Shown here in pieces: positions 50,353-63,573 of a DNA stretch of 64,000 nt. A program made the position numbers and the translations under genes. Under the pieces are notes generated by a model. It saw only the letters and a program-made list of their open reading frames with translations. It ran no database searches and was not told the origin of the DNA. The number at the start of each line of letters is the position of its first letter. Positions within the stretch are counted from its first letter, which is position 1. Source of the DNA: Octopus bimaculoides (taxonomy: Eukaryota); the NCBI RefSeq assembly GCF_001194135.2, contig NC_068981.1:39060709-39124708 (forward strand), given 5' to 3'.

Positions 50353-50560
50353 ATCATATAACGTCCATTTTCCATTGTGGCATGGATTGGAGAGTATGAC
50401 AGGATCTAGCAAGCCTGGGAGCCATAGTAGGCTTTTTTGTTTGTTTTAGCATCGTTTGTACAGGTGGATGCCCTTCCTAATGACAAGCACTTTACACAGT
50501 GTACTAGATGCTTCTTACAGAGCACCAGCACCAATGCTTTTTACATAGCACCATCACTGA
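50037..50560 (-). mobile_element. two RTE-tail remnants separated by (CA)n
   Basis: TTTAACGTCCACATTTCCATGCC and AACGTCCATTTTCCATTG..GGATGCCCTTCCTAATGAC match the reverse complement of the tail family. Confidence 0.7.
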
Positions 50561-50899
50561 TAGGGTTACCAAGTACCTTGCAAGACAAAAAAAAAACAAA
50601 GAGGCAAACTTTCCTCAACTGAGAGTGGGGAAAAGTATTGTGGTGGTGGTGGTGGTGGGGCTTTGTGCCAGTTGAGAGATTAAATGTATAAGGGACAGAG
50701 AAAGGTGTCTTGTTGTAGATACATGGATTACCCAGTTGGAATGGATAGAAATGTGAGTTAGAAAGTAAGATGATGGTGAAGATGTGTTGGGACATGACCT
50801 TATGAGATTTTTGGGTGGGGTGAGAATAGGTGAAGTGATGCAGAGGTTTTGACTAGATGAATGAGTAGAAAAAAGATGACTACAGCAAATTCAGGACCC

Positions 50900-52040
50900 A
50901 TGTTACATTACCATTTAGCATTGCAGTTCATATACATGCATCATACAGCCTTCTTTTCACTCAGAGAGAGGGAGACCTTTGGTTACCAATAGTAGTAAAA
51001 GCTCTCATAACTTTCTCCATCCTATTCTTATCCTAGCTTTTGGTACATCCTTCTCCTTTGCTAATTGGGTCATCTAGATAGCAAAATTTTCCACTACCTT
51101 TAGAGAACCTCTGGGGTATTTGGGAAAATCAATAGCCCATCTTTCTAGACTTTATAACTCCTGTGCTTCTTCCGCATACAAACATTATTTTTCCTGTTAA
51201 CCTTCCTATTATTTCACTGCATATCTTGTGTGTCCATAGCTTATACTAGGTACATTAAATGGAATTTCTGCCTACACCTTTCGTTCATGTCGAGCAGAGC
51301 CATTGAACTGAAGGGGTTAGAGCCCTGTCTGCTTTCTAGCTTACTAGGACCTTGGCCTTTGCTAAGTTAACTTTAAGGCCCTTCAATTCTAGGTTTTGCT
51401 TCCACACCTGTAATTTCTTCTCTTGTTCCATTATAGATTCTGCTGTCAGAGCAAGCTCATCAGCACATAATAGACCCTATGGGCAGCTGGTCTTAGATTC
51501 CTCTGTTATGACCTGGCCTATGGTGTGATGATGAATAGAACAGGGCTGAGTGCCAAGCCTTAGTGAACTCCTACACTTGGCCAGTACTGCTTTCACAAGC
51601 CATTCATCTATCCCTTGCTTCCTCAGAGACCCCCTATCACAGAGCAAGGCACTTTGTCAAAGGCGCGCTCTCTCTCCTGATAAACAAATGCCAAGTACAA
51701 TGGCTTATCCTTAGATAAACACTTTTCTTATAGTTACCTGGATATGGAAATAGTATCACTACTGCTTCTTCCCAATGTCAAATTGCTTTTCATCTAGCCT
51801 AATTGTGTTCTTAATTAATTGGGCTTTGACACTTTCCCTAACTTTCATCACCTAATCCAGCAATTTGTTGCATCTATAATTATTTCTATCTGAGGTATCT
51901 CCCTTACCTTTGTAGCAGCTGGGTATGATGCTGCAACACCAATCCCTGAAGATTATGCCTTCCTGAATAAACTGATTAGCCTGATTAACTAGACAGTACC
52001 CTACTCTACCAGATATTTTAAGCATCTCAGCATTGGCATA
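50900..52040 (-). mobile_element. RTE LINE reverse-transcriptase remnant
   Basis: Minus strand: AEMLKISG..DWCCSII..YKGKGD..DRNNYR..KLLD and LLCADELAL..KGLKVNLAKAK (decayed YADD). Confidence 0.9.
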
Positions 52041-52476
52041 CATACATACATACATACATATAATATTTAATAGACACGATACATGTTTTTATGTGCTACT
52101 AATAGTTTCATATGCTGAGAAGTACCTCAAACATAATCATCAGGCACAAACTACATATCATAACAAACTAAAAATGAAAGAGAAGAAGCACAAAAAGTTG
52201 AGAAGGAAGTATACAGAAAACAGGGAAGGTTAAAAAACAGAAAACAAAAAATGGAAACTGAAAAAGTAAAAAATAAAAAAGGTAAATGAGTTATCTCCTT
52301 TAGACCTTAAACTATAAGGCTGGAAAGATATCAACAAGTTAATCAGGTATAGGCGGAATTTTTCAATTCTTCAAAATGTACTTAGACATATGTTTACAAT
52401 TGCTACTGTTCAGTAGTGAGTTAGGTGTCTTAGATCTCAAAAGGGTCTGAGCTTTTACAGCTAAACATATATATAT

Positions 52477-52633
52477 GGGCCTCTTTCTTTTGCTGTTTTC
52501 CAGATCCACTCCCAGGCTTTGGTTGACCATGGCCTATAGAAGAGGGTTATTGCCCAAGATGCTGTGCAGTGAGACTGAACCTGCGATCACATGGTTGGAC
52601 AGCAAGCTTCTTAACTACACAGCTATGCCTGCC
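52477..52633 (-). mobile_element. SINE A 5' part
   Basis: Ends in CTTCTTAACTACACAGCTATGCCTGCC. Confidence 0.75.
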
Positions 52634-53074
52634 ATAAACATACATAATTACCACCACCTAATACTCAGTGATCAACAAGCCAATGAGGAAATTTCATGGT
52701 TATATAGTAAGCTAGAAATAGCAACCAAATCTTTCTCTTATCATATGCTACTCTCTTAAAGAGGAAGCATAATACAGTTACAATTTTACAATCTATTATG
52801 CATGAAAATGTTTGATGGGATGGTCCCAAATTGGATGCCTTTAATTATAGATTCACATTATTAGAGCTAGCCTGAAGCTAAGTATAGCTGTTTAGTACAT
52901 GCATGGTTGTGCACTTAAGAAGTTCATTTTGCATGAATTGATTCTAGGTTCAGCACCTTGGGCAAATGTTCTTTACAATAGCCTCCTGTTGACCATTACC
53001 TTGTAACTGGAACTGGAAGGGAAAACTGGATTTTGATGTTGATCCCACATAAAATGCAATTGTGCTAGAGCCAT

Positions 53075-53230
53075 GTTAAAAGCACTGGTGTTAGTGCCAC
53101 ATAAAAAGCACCCAGTACACTCCATGGAGTGGTTGGCATTAAGAAGGGCATCCAGTCTTAGAAACCACGCCAGAACAGACACTGGAGACTGGTATGGCCC
53201 CTGGCCTTACCAGCTATGGCCTTACCACAC
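53075..53230 (+). mobile_element. RTE-tail remnant
   Basis: AAAAAGCACCCAGTACACTC..GTGGTTGGCATTAAGAAGGGCATCCAG. Confidence 0.75.
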
Positions 53231-53989
53231 AAACATGAAACAACATACCCTCCATTATTACTATTGTCAAACAATGAAACAATGAATATCACCATTGTAG
53301 ACTGATAGCCTATGACTAGTTATGATATAAAACAATAAACAAATAACTCATTAACTGTAAACATCATTGTCAAATTAATCCATAAATAACTGAACAAAGC
53401 TACCACATATTTAAGTATTGCAAGTTAATGTGTGCTTGGCAAGAATTACTTCATCAAAAGTAGCAAACAGTGAGGCATGTTTACTTATATGCTAAACTAT
53501 GCAACATTTGGTTAGAGCAGTATTAACATATTTAATGTCATTAACTAAAGAATTTTAACAAATTAGAATTATATTACATCCAAGAAATTTAACCAGTTAA
53601 AGCAACACATTACAGCAAAAGGATTATAACAAATTAAAATTATATCATTACAGCAAGAATTTTTAGCTAATCAAAATTAATTTAATGATCACTTTGTTAT
53701 AAGAAAGGCAAAGAAAGGCAGCTCCTAAATTTTAATTAAATAAAATTAATTAAAAGCAGAATGTAAGCAATGTGTTTTTAATGACTTAGAGGAAAAAGAG
53801 CAATGCCTATAACTCCAATAAGGGCTTCCAAAATTCATGAGATGAAACAAACCTGAATGCAAAAGCCTGTAGCAGAGTGGGATCTAGTAAAGGCATAAGG
53901 GCCGAGTTCTAATGTTACACTGAGCAACGGGTAGCTTACCACTCTAGAAAAGAAGTGCGAGTCTGATTATGGCAGCAGAGTGATGACTC

Positions 53990-54480
53990 TAGTCATAAAA
54001 CATCTTCAACAAAGTTTTTATAAAGCCTCTGTACTAACGCATAATTTACCAATAAATGTCTTGTCTAAAATATTAGGCATTTCTTCTCATCAATTAAACC
54101 AAATATATCTGTCTTTTTTCTTTGTGAGTGGTGAAGGGTTGGGTAAGGTTTTGCTTAGTCACTTTAAACCGTACGCCTTTATGAAATTTGTTGTCAATGT
54201 TCTTAATCTTTCAGAAATATCTTCAATTTCTTTGATAGCTTTTAATTTAACCATTTTAATTTTATGTTTAACATAAATAGCATTAACAACTTGAGGATAA
54301 TTTTCAGTCCAAAATAATTTTGATGAAATAAAAGTTCTTGTTAAGATCAATATTAAAGTATTAGGAAAAAATATCTCAAATGTTTCATCTTTTTTTATGT
54401 GCAACTTGTTTTGGATGCAAATTTTCTTAAGTGTTTTATCCATTAGTTACGAAATCTTTCTTACTATAGAACATATTAGC
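53990..54480 (-). mobile_element. possible Penelope-like remnant
   Basis: Minus strand KKKDRYIWFN..KTFIGK resembles the PLE thumb-linker motif also seen at 5720. Otherwise highly decayed. Confidence 0.3.
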
Positions 54481-54677
54481 ATTCTATGGGCAAAAGCACC
54501 CCTTCTGTGTAAAATTAATTCTGATGATATGTCTATGAGTAACCTCAGTTGGCAGTATCTATTAATGTGATTGCAATACCTCTAAAATAGTTATATTTTA
54601 GTTGCTTTGATTAAAATTTGCAGGTGAATTTCTCACTTGCTTGCACTAAATTAATACTTTAATGCCTTCAAATATAC

Positions 54678-54772
54678 CACTATGCCATATGCCCATGGGC
54701 ATATAGCGTAGTGTTTAAGAGCGCGGGCTACTAGCCCCAAGATTCTGAATTCGATTCCAGGCAGTGACCTGA

Positions 54773-54810
<38 letters not shown>

Positions 54811-55095
54811 GATAACAATAATAATAACAATAACAATAATAATAACAACAACATCGAAAAATACCTTAGGAATGAGAACTCAGGTTCGAAATTTCCCCAA
54901 GACACCTGATAAAGGCTGGNNNNNNNNNNGAATGAGAACTCAGGTTCGAAATTTCCCCAAGACACCTGATAAAGGCTGGAGGGTATATCAGCCAAAATGT
55001 TGTGTTAACAACAAACAAAATGAGGACAAATATCTGTCAATTGTAAATAATGTAAATAATGTACATAATTCCTCATCTCTTAAATATAGAACTGT
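54678..55095 (+). mobile_element. tRNA-headed element with (AAT)n spacer and hammerhead-bearing tail (family F), with an inverted 5' duplication
   Basis: A-box-like TAGCGTAGTG and B-box-like AATTCGATTCC, (AAT)n 54771-54850, body, hammerhead fold at 54961-55006. 54678-54694 is an inverted copy of the first 17 nt (2 mismatches). Confidence 0.85.
54961..55006 (+). ncRNA. degenerate minimal type-I hammerhead ribozyme
   Basis: Helix I GACAC/GTGTT; core CTGATAA (consensus CUGANGA); extra A; helix II GGCTG/CAGCC; AAAA-TG-TT (consensus GAAA-CG-UH). Three substitutions from consensus, two of them at would-be CpGs. Confidence 0.6.
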
Positions 55096-55454
55096 AAAGT
55101 TACCTTGTCAGTGAAAATAATAAAGTTAATTTGTAATTTGAATTTACAACAAAACCTATTTAGTAAATGAATCAGTTCCCATATTCATTGTGAAAATATT
55201 GGATATATTTTCAAATGAAGCAATTTCATGTCCTATGTCTATATTCTAAATTTTTTGGTGAGATTTAGCTGATTGAAATATAATAAATGAAATTACTGGA
55301 ACATAGAAATTTTTCCTTTGAAATTGTAATTAGAAGATTTTATATATTATTGCAGTTATAGAATAGTAATAAATCCTTACCATACTATTTGAATTTAAAA
55401 AAACACATTATGATAAAGATAACAGTAATATCAATAGCCTTATGGGATACTCAT

Positions 55455-55835
55455 TTTACTCTTTTACTTGTTTCAGTCATTTGACTGCGGCCATGCTGGA
55501 ACACCGTCTTTAGTCGAGCAAATCGACCCCAGGACTTATTCTTTGTAAGCCTAGTACTTATTCTATCGGTCTCTTTTGTAGAACCACTAAGTTACAGGGA
55601 CATAAACACACCAGCATCGGTGGGGGGACAAACACAGACACACAAACACACACTCACATATATACATATATATGACAGGCTTCTTTCAGTTTCCGTCTAC
55701 CAAATCCACTCACAAGGCTTTAGTCGACCCGAGGCTATAGTAGAAGACACTTGCCCAAGGTGCCACGCAGTGGGTTTGAACCCAGAACCATGTGGTTGGT
55801 AAGCAAGCTACTTACCACACAGCCACTCCTGTGCC
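55455..55835 (-). mobile_element. SINE A, full length
   Basis: Uninterrupted reverse complement of family A from GGCACAGGAGTGGCTGTGTGGTAAG to GACTGAAACAAGTAAAAGAG. Confidence 0.9.
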
Positions 55836-58434
55836 AATCATTTCTTTGAATTCTTGAAGGAATAAGTTTCTCATTTAGTGAGCAAGTTCATGTAGTTTCT
55901 GCAGTGGCTGTTACAAAGGTCTTCAATCATTTTAAGTTGAAAGGAACATTGGATATCAAGTTATACACTATATGCCTTTATCTGCTAGAAACAGCAGCCA
56001 AATCTCCCTCAAGCAGCATCATACTATCTTTAAAAAAAACCGAACTTAGATAGAATGTTACTATTCACACCATACTTGCAAAAATGACAGAATGGTCACA
56101 ACAAGAATGTGCTTAATCATAGGTCTTCTACATCAGAACTAATCTAGGTTAAACAACAACAACAATACTGTATTAAAGTAAGCACAACATAGTCTTGATA
56201 CAGAATGAAATTTGACATATTGAGCTCACAAGTTCTCGGGGCTATAGCCAAATGTTTAATCAATGATTAATATTTTTCAGTATTTTAGGATATGATAAAC
56301 TTCTGCTAAATTTGTGTTTGCCAGACACATACAACAACTCAGCTATCTAATAAACAATACCACCAATTAGATGTTGTTTATTTACAATTCATTATTTACA
56401 ATTCATTACAATGAATGTATATAATGACATGCATTTTGCTTTGTTGTATCATTTTGTAGTCTTGCCCTCTTCTTAATTTATAAGTTACTTAATCAAACAT
56501 TTTTCCAGACTTATGGCTGCAGATTTTGTAGGTAAGATTTAAGTCACAGAGTAACGTAGTGACTTTCTATCATTGCATTTTGTCTGTCTGGCATTCTTTC
56601 TGTTTATTTGCCTGTCTGTCTCTCTGACCATCTGTCTATCCATCTGCTTGTATATTAATTTTTGTTTTGAAACTATTTGCAGATGTTTCACAAAATAATT
56701 AACATGAGAATAATAACAGAAAAGGTGCAAAATTGCTCTTGAATTCCTAAATATGTTAGTCTAAAAATAAAGCATCTAATGTAAAACTTATGCTGATAAT
56801 AAAAGTGATGGTGAGAAAGTACAGATGATTAATGAAAATTGAACTTACTAAGTAGAAGTTTGAACATGACCTGATCATTTGATGTATAACGGTTTATTGA
56901 GGAAGTGTAGATATTACTGTTGCTGAAATGACAAACATTTCCTCTAAGAACATTTAAAATTCAATAACTACGTGATATTAAGATGCATTGTGGCAGACAA
57001 ATATAATGAGAAGAGGAAATTGTTGAATAATTTTGATTGATTAGAAAAATTGTAAGATTTATTATTTGATTTATCAGCTACTTAAATACACTTCATGTCA
57101 GAAATATAAGTTTTTGGACAACATATTTTCAGTATTAATTTTGTTATATTTTTTATTTGAAATAAAAGCCTCATAATTAATTAACCAACATTAAAGTGTC
57201 TTTAATTTTCTTCTTTCTCTTCTTTCAATTTGCACTTAAGATAATTAAGCTGATTAAAATATTAATTTGTCCACATGCTGCCAAGTAAGTAAAATACATT
57301 TTTCAATCATATATGACTTCAGCTAAGCATCTCTGACCAACCCTGGTGTATACTAAAATCAGATAAGTTGAGGATGAGAAAATAAAGGTGTGGGGTATGA
57401 AACTAAAATCCAATTATAGAATGTTGCTTAAGTGTTTCAATTAACTTCATTCGTCTGAATCTTCTGCTTACTTGGCTTGTCTCAAAAAATATAAGAAAAT
57501 TGAGTGGATTGTAAGTAATGATTTAAACTATGTAAAATAAGACAGAAATGTATAGATGCTTTGATAATAAATTATTATGTTGAAATTATGTTAAAAAGAA
57601 TATGTCTAGATGCTTGTATTTTTACTAAACATAAAATGACAGTATCATTCAAATCTATTTTCGAACATCAAAACAGCTGGAAATAATCAAATATACTTGT
57701 GGAATTTTAAATGGCTGGGGAGTAATGGTGTTGGTTGTGAAAGAAGCCTGCTTAGAGAAGTCTGACTCAATCATTATTGGTTCCATTGTAGAAATGCAAA
57801 TATTATCTCCAAAACATAAATGTAATTGAAATATGTTTTATTCATGGTAATAATTACATCTGACTGGAACTGTAAATTCTATGAACCAGTCATAACAAGT
57901 CTCAATAGATTCCAGTCGCTAAAAATACTTAATAGGAGAGATTTCAGACTTAATAAGGCTTCAGACAAAAATCAGGTAATTTCAAATAAAGCTAAAAGGT
58001 TTATAACACATTATAACTCAAAATGAAAATATTACATTGCCATGCATAATATTACAAAATACAAAATAAACATTTGGTTTTAAAAACTTTAAATAAGTGT
58101 GTGTGAAATGCATCATTATAAAACCCATGAGAAGGTCATTCATTGAATAGTTTGCTTACATTTTTATATAACATAATATAACTATGCTAAACAAGTAAAT
58201 GACAAAATCAGATGAAGCAATATTGTTATGACGGTACAGCAGAAATTAACTACAAAATTATTTTAAAAATTCTAATTCCAATGTTATGCACAGAAACATG
58301 AAGGTAGATTAGTGTGAAAAGAATAAAAATTGAAATGTTTTCATATCAAGAACTGGAATGACCCGATCTGTTATTCTTTGTCAAGTCACTTCATGAATTT
58401 CTTGTTGCATTTCACAAGAAAGGAATCTGTGAAG

Positions 58435-59000
58435 GTGACAAGCTGGCAAAATCATTATTGCTTTGGACAAAAACACTTGGTGGCATTCGTTTTAGCTTTA
58501 AGTTCTGAGTTCACATTCTACCTTTGTTGGCACTCCATCGCTTACGACGTCGAGGGTTCCAGTTGATCCGATCAACAGAACAGCCTGCTCGTGAAATTAA
58601 CGTGCAAGTGGCTGAGCACTCCACAGACATGTGTACCCTTAACGTAGTTCTCAGGGATATTCAGCGTGATACAGTGATAAGGCTGACCCTTTGAATTACA
58701 GTCACAACAGAAACAGGAAGTAAGAGTGAGAGAAAGTTGTGGTGAAAGAGTACAGTAGGGTTCGCCACCATCCCCTGCCGGAGCCTCATGGAGCTTTAGG
58801 TGTTTTCACTCAATAAACACTCACAATGCCCGGTCTGGGAATCAAAACCGCTATCCTATGACCGCGAGTCCACTGCCCTAACCACTGGGCAATTGTGCTT
58901 CTACATTCTACCAAAGTTAACTTTATCATTCATCTCTTTTGAGGTTGATAAAATAAGTACCAGTTGAGCATAGGAAGTGGTCATTGGCTAGCCCCCTCCC
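58435..59000 (+). mobile_element. SINE B, interrupted by SINE C
   Basis: Head 58435-58522; the core resumes at 58903. Confidence 0.75.
58523..58902 (-). mobile_element. SINE C (variant) nested in SINE B
   Basis: Perfect 10-bp TSD ACATTCTACC (58513-58522 / 58903-58912); many CpGs retained. Confidence 0.9.
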
Positions 59001-59204
59001 CCAAAGCAAAGGCTGGAAAGTTATGGCTTGAATCTTTTTTTTTTGTTTTTTGATAAGTCTGGGTGATCAGGATTATATTGGAATTAAACAACATCAACCT
59101 CATATATATGAAAGTAGCTCTATAGATTAAAAAAAAAGTGGTTTGGTTATGGTGACACCATTATGAATTGAAATAGTAATCTTTATCTAATTGCAAGAAA
59201 GCAT

Positions 59205-59730
59205 AGTGGTAGCCTGCGGGTGACATGTAAAAGCACCCACTACACTCTCTGAGTGGTTGGCTTTAGGAAGGGTATCCAGCTGTAGAAACACTGCCAAATC
59301 AGATTGGAACCTGGTGTAGCCATCTGGTTTCACCGGTCCTCAGTCAAATCGTCCAACCCATGCTAGCATGGAAAGCGGACGTTAAACGACGACGACAATA
59401 CGTACAGACATATATATATATACCGCCTGACTGGCCTTTGTAGGGTTTTCGAGCGAGATCGTTGCCAGTGCCCCTGGACTGGCTCTTGTGTGGGTGGCAC
59501 ATAAAAGACACCATTTCGAGCGTGGCCGTTTTCATGCGGGTTAGACGTAAAAGCACCCACTACACTCTCTGAGTGGTTGGCGTTAGGAAGGGCATCCAGC
59601 TGTAGAAAGTCTGCCAAATTAGATTGGAGCCTGGTGTTGCCATCCGGTTTCACCAGTCCTCAGTCAAATCATCCAACCCGTGCTAGCATGGAAGGCGGAC
59701 GTTAAACGATCATGATGATGATGATGATGA
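59205..59730 (+). mobile_element. two head-to-tail RTE-tail elements (young)
   Basis: Two copies of GTAAAAGCACCCACTACACTCTCTGAGTGGTTGG..GCGGACGTTAAACG, each with a (GAC/GAT)n tail. Confidence 0.9.
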
Positions 59731-61325
59731 TCCTGCTAAGCAGATGAAGTGCATATTTCCTCCTAGCAAAGCCATTGAACTATCATGAGTAACTTAGTTT
59801 TGGTATCTAATATTTACTTTGTTAACTGTGGAATGTGGAGGCAACAAAAGTTTTCTATAGCTATGAACACCTATGAGATAGTATTCTGGTGTACTCCATC
59901 CATCCAGACGTAAGTTATAAAGACCAGTAGTAACTATATGGCCACATGTAAATTGCAAATGAAAAACTATAGTGGTGTGTAATGAATAAGTGGCAAAAAA
60001 GTTAGCATCAGTGACAAAGAAGAGGAATGCTAAGTAAGTAAATTTGGAAAGCATGTGTAGTTAGATTAATAAATAAAAAAAGAATGTCTCCAACAGAGGA
60101 TGAAATATCTTATTTAACCAATAGAAATTCAGTTTAGATGTCGCTTCCAACAAAAGAACTAGTTACAAAAGGAGGGAAACTCCCCAATATATGTAAAAAC
60201 TAGAAGTGCATTCAAATGACTGGAAGCTGTAGATCAGAAAACGGAAATGTATTCAAAACAAGAGAGTTCAGCATTGTCCTGGTAACAGATAAAGTATATT
60301 ATGAATGAAGAAAATAAATTAAGGGACTTTCTTTTTGAGAGTCAGATGCAGTAAAAGAAAAAAATTCCAAATGGAAATGATAGATATCTTAAGAAATAGT
60401 CAAAGCCCTTAAGAAAATGAAAAGATGAACAGAAAAGGTAAAAAAAAAAGTCAGTGAAGGGAAAAATGCCTAAGAAAAAGGAATAATGAGGTGATACAAG
60501 CAAACACATATATTGGCAGGAAATCACAGCCCCAAGCAAAGGATAACTTACAATAGAAGATCCTTACCAGAGAAAATGTGCTGATCAGCATTCATAGATA
60601 CATCACATTCAGAAAAAGTCTAGTCCAACCAGCTGAAAACAATTAATTTAATGAGACTTAGCATCAACATTGCCTATAGATGGGAGAGAATAAGAAATGA
60701 TATCAGACCAGAAGAAGCAAGAGAAAAGGAGAGAAGTAGTAGAAAGAACATTTTGCAAGTATAAAAGAGTTTTTTTTTCCTTTTTCAGTCATATTTTGTG
60801 AATTAGTGTAAAGATGTCATGACTTACACGTAGGAAAAACGATTTGAGTGTGAATGCATTTTAATGTAATTATTAACTTATACCACATCTCTGAAAACTG
60901 GGCATTTGAATTCATTTTTGCTCATTTTTTTCTGAGAAATAAAAATATTTATTAATAATTTTTAAATTCATTTGAAGCTTACAATGTAGTTATGTTGGGA
61001 TAACGTTTTCTTTGAGGTTTTGAAAACTGCAAAAGAGAAATGGATTATCATAAAAGGCATAGAGGTATCTATGATGCCTTTAATAACAGATGTTTGAAAA
61101 TTATTTAATTATGAGTAAGATATATTTATATATGTATATGTATGTTATACCTTCTAGACTGTCACTAGCAATTTTAATGTTTGTTCCCTCTTGACTGTGT
61201 TAGTGGATAGGTCTTCTTCCATAAGTTCTATTGACTTTGATCAAGCAGCACTTCTTTAAATGACTGTCCTCCTATACTCACTTTACTTGCCCATAACAAT
61301 GTAGTCTTCTGTCTTNNNNNNNNNN

Positions 61326-61974
61326 CTACATTTCTTTATACTGTGTGTTACAAAAGAATTGCAGTCCTGAAAATGTTGCATTCACATGGAATTCCATAAT
61401 ATACATCCTATTTTTCTGTTGACTTCCATTTTACATAAAATGCAAAATAACATGGACATCAATATAAAATTTGACTTCGCTTTACAGAGTTCANNNNNNN
61501 NNNTCAGCATTGTTATACTCTGTCATACACGCACATGAATAACCAGCAGAGTATGCTTGCTTCATTTCTTACTAGAAGCTTCTGTATTCAAGACCCTAGT
61601 CTCATTGACCTACAGCATTGATCTTCATATTCAAGTGTCACATAAACTACCATTTATCCTAGGGGAACAACTGTTTGTTGCCACTTTAGGTATCATCAGG
61701 AAAATAGCCATACTCAGTATATAGAAAAGTGTAGGTATGATTTTCACATGGAGTATCCTGCAGTATTTTTCTTCAGTTTTCTTATTGATATTCATAACCA
61801 GCTTCACTACATTTCTTTATACTGTGTGTTACAAAAGAATTGCAGTCCTGAAAATGTTGCATTCACATGGAATTCCATAATATACATCCTATTTTTCTGT
61901 TGACTTCCATTTTACATAATATGCAAAATAACATGGACATCAATATAAAATTTGACTTCGCTTTACAGAGTTCA
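61326..61974. other. 168-bp duplicate flanked by 10-N gaps (probable assembly or haplotype artefact)
   Basis: 61326-61493 equals 61807-61974 except for one base; the first copy lies between gaps 61316-61325 and 61494-61503. Confidence 0.75.
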
Positions 61975-63124
61975 ATACTATGGCAAGATTTTCTTTTACA
62001 CAATGGTTCTGTAACATAGGGCTACATATATATTGATCATTTTCTAGCTCAGTTGAATATACATCACTAAATTCTAATCTATGTTGTTGCTTTTACTAGT
62101 TGCCATTAAATATAAATGTGCTGCAGTTTGTATTGTCTTTATTGTTAAAAAAATGTAATCTACTGGTCCTATTGGAGTTATCATTCTTGCTTGATGTTTT
62201 CAAGATTTAAACACTACTAGAGGGAGCAATGTCTATTATTTACTTAGATGATATCAGTTGATTCAAGTCTTTCAACTCATTATATTGCATATAAAAGACC
62301 TTATGATGTTTGATAGTATTAGATTGATAAGTTTGGGCTTTGACTAAGAACAAACTCTGTCATCTGAATAAAGAATAATTCGGATTAAAAAAGAAAATAT
62401 AAATCCTTCACTGATTTTTAATACAATTTTTTAACACTTTGACACCAAGAAAATGAACTCAGTTATTGATTAAACCCTTGCTGATGCGTAAAACAGTAAC
62501 TTGATCTTCAAAACATTTCTTGTTACTGTTAGATGATTTGCATGAATTAGATTAATGATAGTGAAAATCTAATTATAGCCCAATGAAAACCGCTTAGTAT
62601 TGAATGTCACATTTGATTATTTTGAAGACGCTAATGTTTTATTCTGCATGTTGACTTCTTTCCCAGCACAATTTCTGTTTTATTGTGTAATTAAAGCACT
62701 CAAGAATTTTAAATTGTGTTAGAAAAACATTAAATTTTAATCCAATATATTAAAATTAATTACACATGCACATATGTGTCGTTAGGACTTGAGGCACTTT
62801 TTATTTGCCTTTTACCTGAAAATACTAACATTAAAGATCAAAGAAGTGATGTGCTTTTCACATTCACCAAAATAAAATATTTACTTTGTAAGTGAGTAGG
62901 AGATAATGTACTATTTAGATTAAATTTTACTATTTCAAAGATTAAAAGTAATCATAAGTAACTTTTGTCCTCTAATTAAAGATTGTTTTACAACAGAATG
63001 ACTCTGAAAGTTAAAATAAGATGAAGTGTAGAATAGACACTAAGTGGAAGTTGTAAAACATGAACTTAATGTTTCACCTATTCCATGAGATTAATACACT
63101 GTTTTATGCTGTGAGGTTGCTTAC

Positions 63125-63510
63125 TTATTGACCCATCATGCCCATTTAGATTGTAAAGAAAGAGGAAAAAAAACAAAAAAATACAATCTCCTAAAATTTG
63201 AAATAGAAAGAACTTGGAGCATGCAAACAGTAAAGGTCGTACCTATAATAATTGGCACTGGGATCAGTAAGCCAAGATAAAGACAAATGGCTGAGGGAGA
63301 TTGAAATAGAATGCCCAGTAGAGCTCTTACGGAAAGTTTGTCTCCTAGGGACAGCAAGGATTATCAAGAGGGTGCTAAGCACTTGAAAAACTGCTGAAAA
63401 ATTGTGGACACTTAAGGTTACAAGTAGCAACCCGCTATCCACATAATCCCTACTAGGAATAACACTGAACCTGAGACAAAATGATAATAATAATAATGAT
63501 GATGATGATA

Positions 63511-63571
<61 letters not shown>
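63125..63571 (+). mobile_element. R2-superfamily (RLE) non-LTR element 3' end with (AAT)n tail
   Basis: DPSCPF..KYNLLKFEIERTWSMQTVKVVPIIIG..LLRKVCLLGTARIIKRVLST*, a 3' UTR of about 95 nt, then (AAT/GAT)n 63481-63571. Confidence 0.85.

Positions 63572-63573
<2 letters not shown>

Noticed and set aside
54870-54980. Apparent tandem duplication of the segment leading into the hammerhead, suggesting a ribozyme dimer
   Set aside because: The two copies are identical and separated by a 10-N gap (54920-54929), typical of unmerged contig overlap. Long reads would be needed to call it real.
60000-60770. Purine-rich stretch that looks like a decayed LINE ORF (similar at 37.7-38.1 kb)
   Set aside because: No diagnostic motif could be recovered by eye; left unannotated.
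61316-61974. 168-bp direct repeat
   Set aside because: The first copy is isolated between two 10-N gaps and differs by one base, so it is most likely a second haplotype placed in the scaffold.
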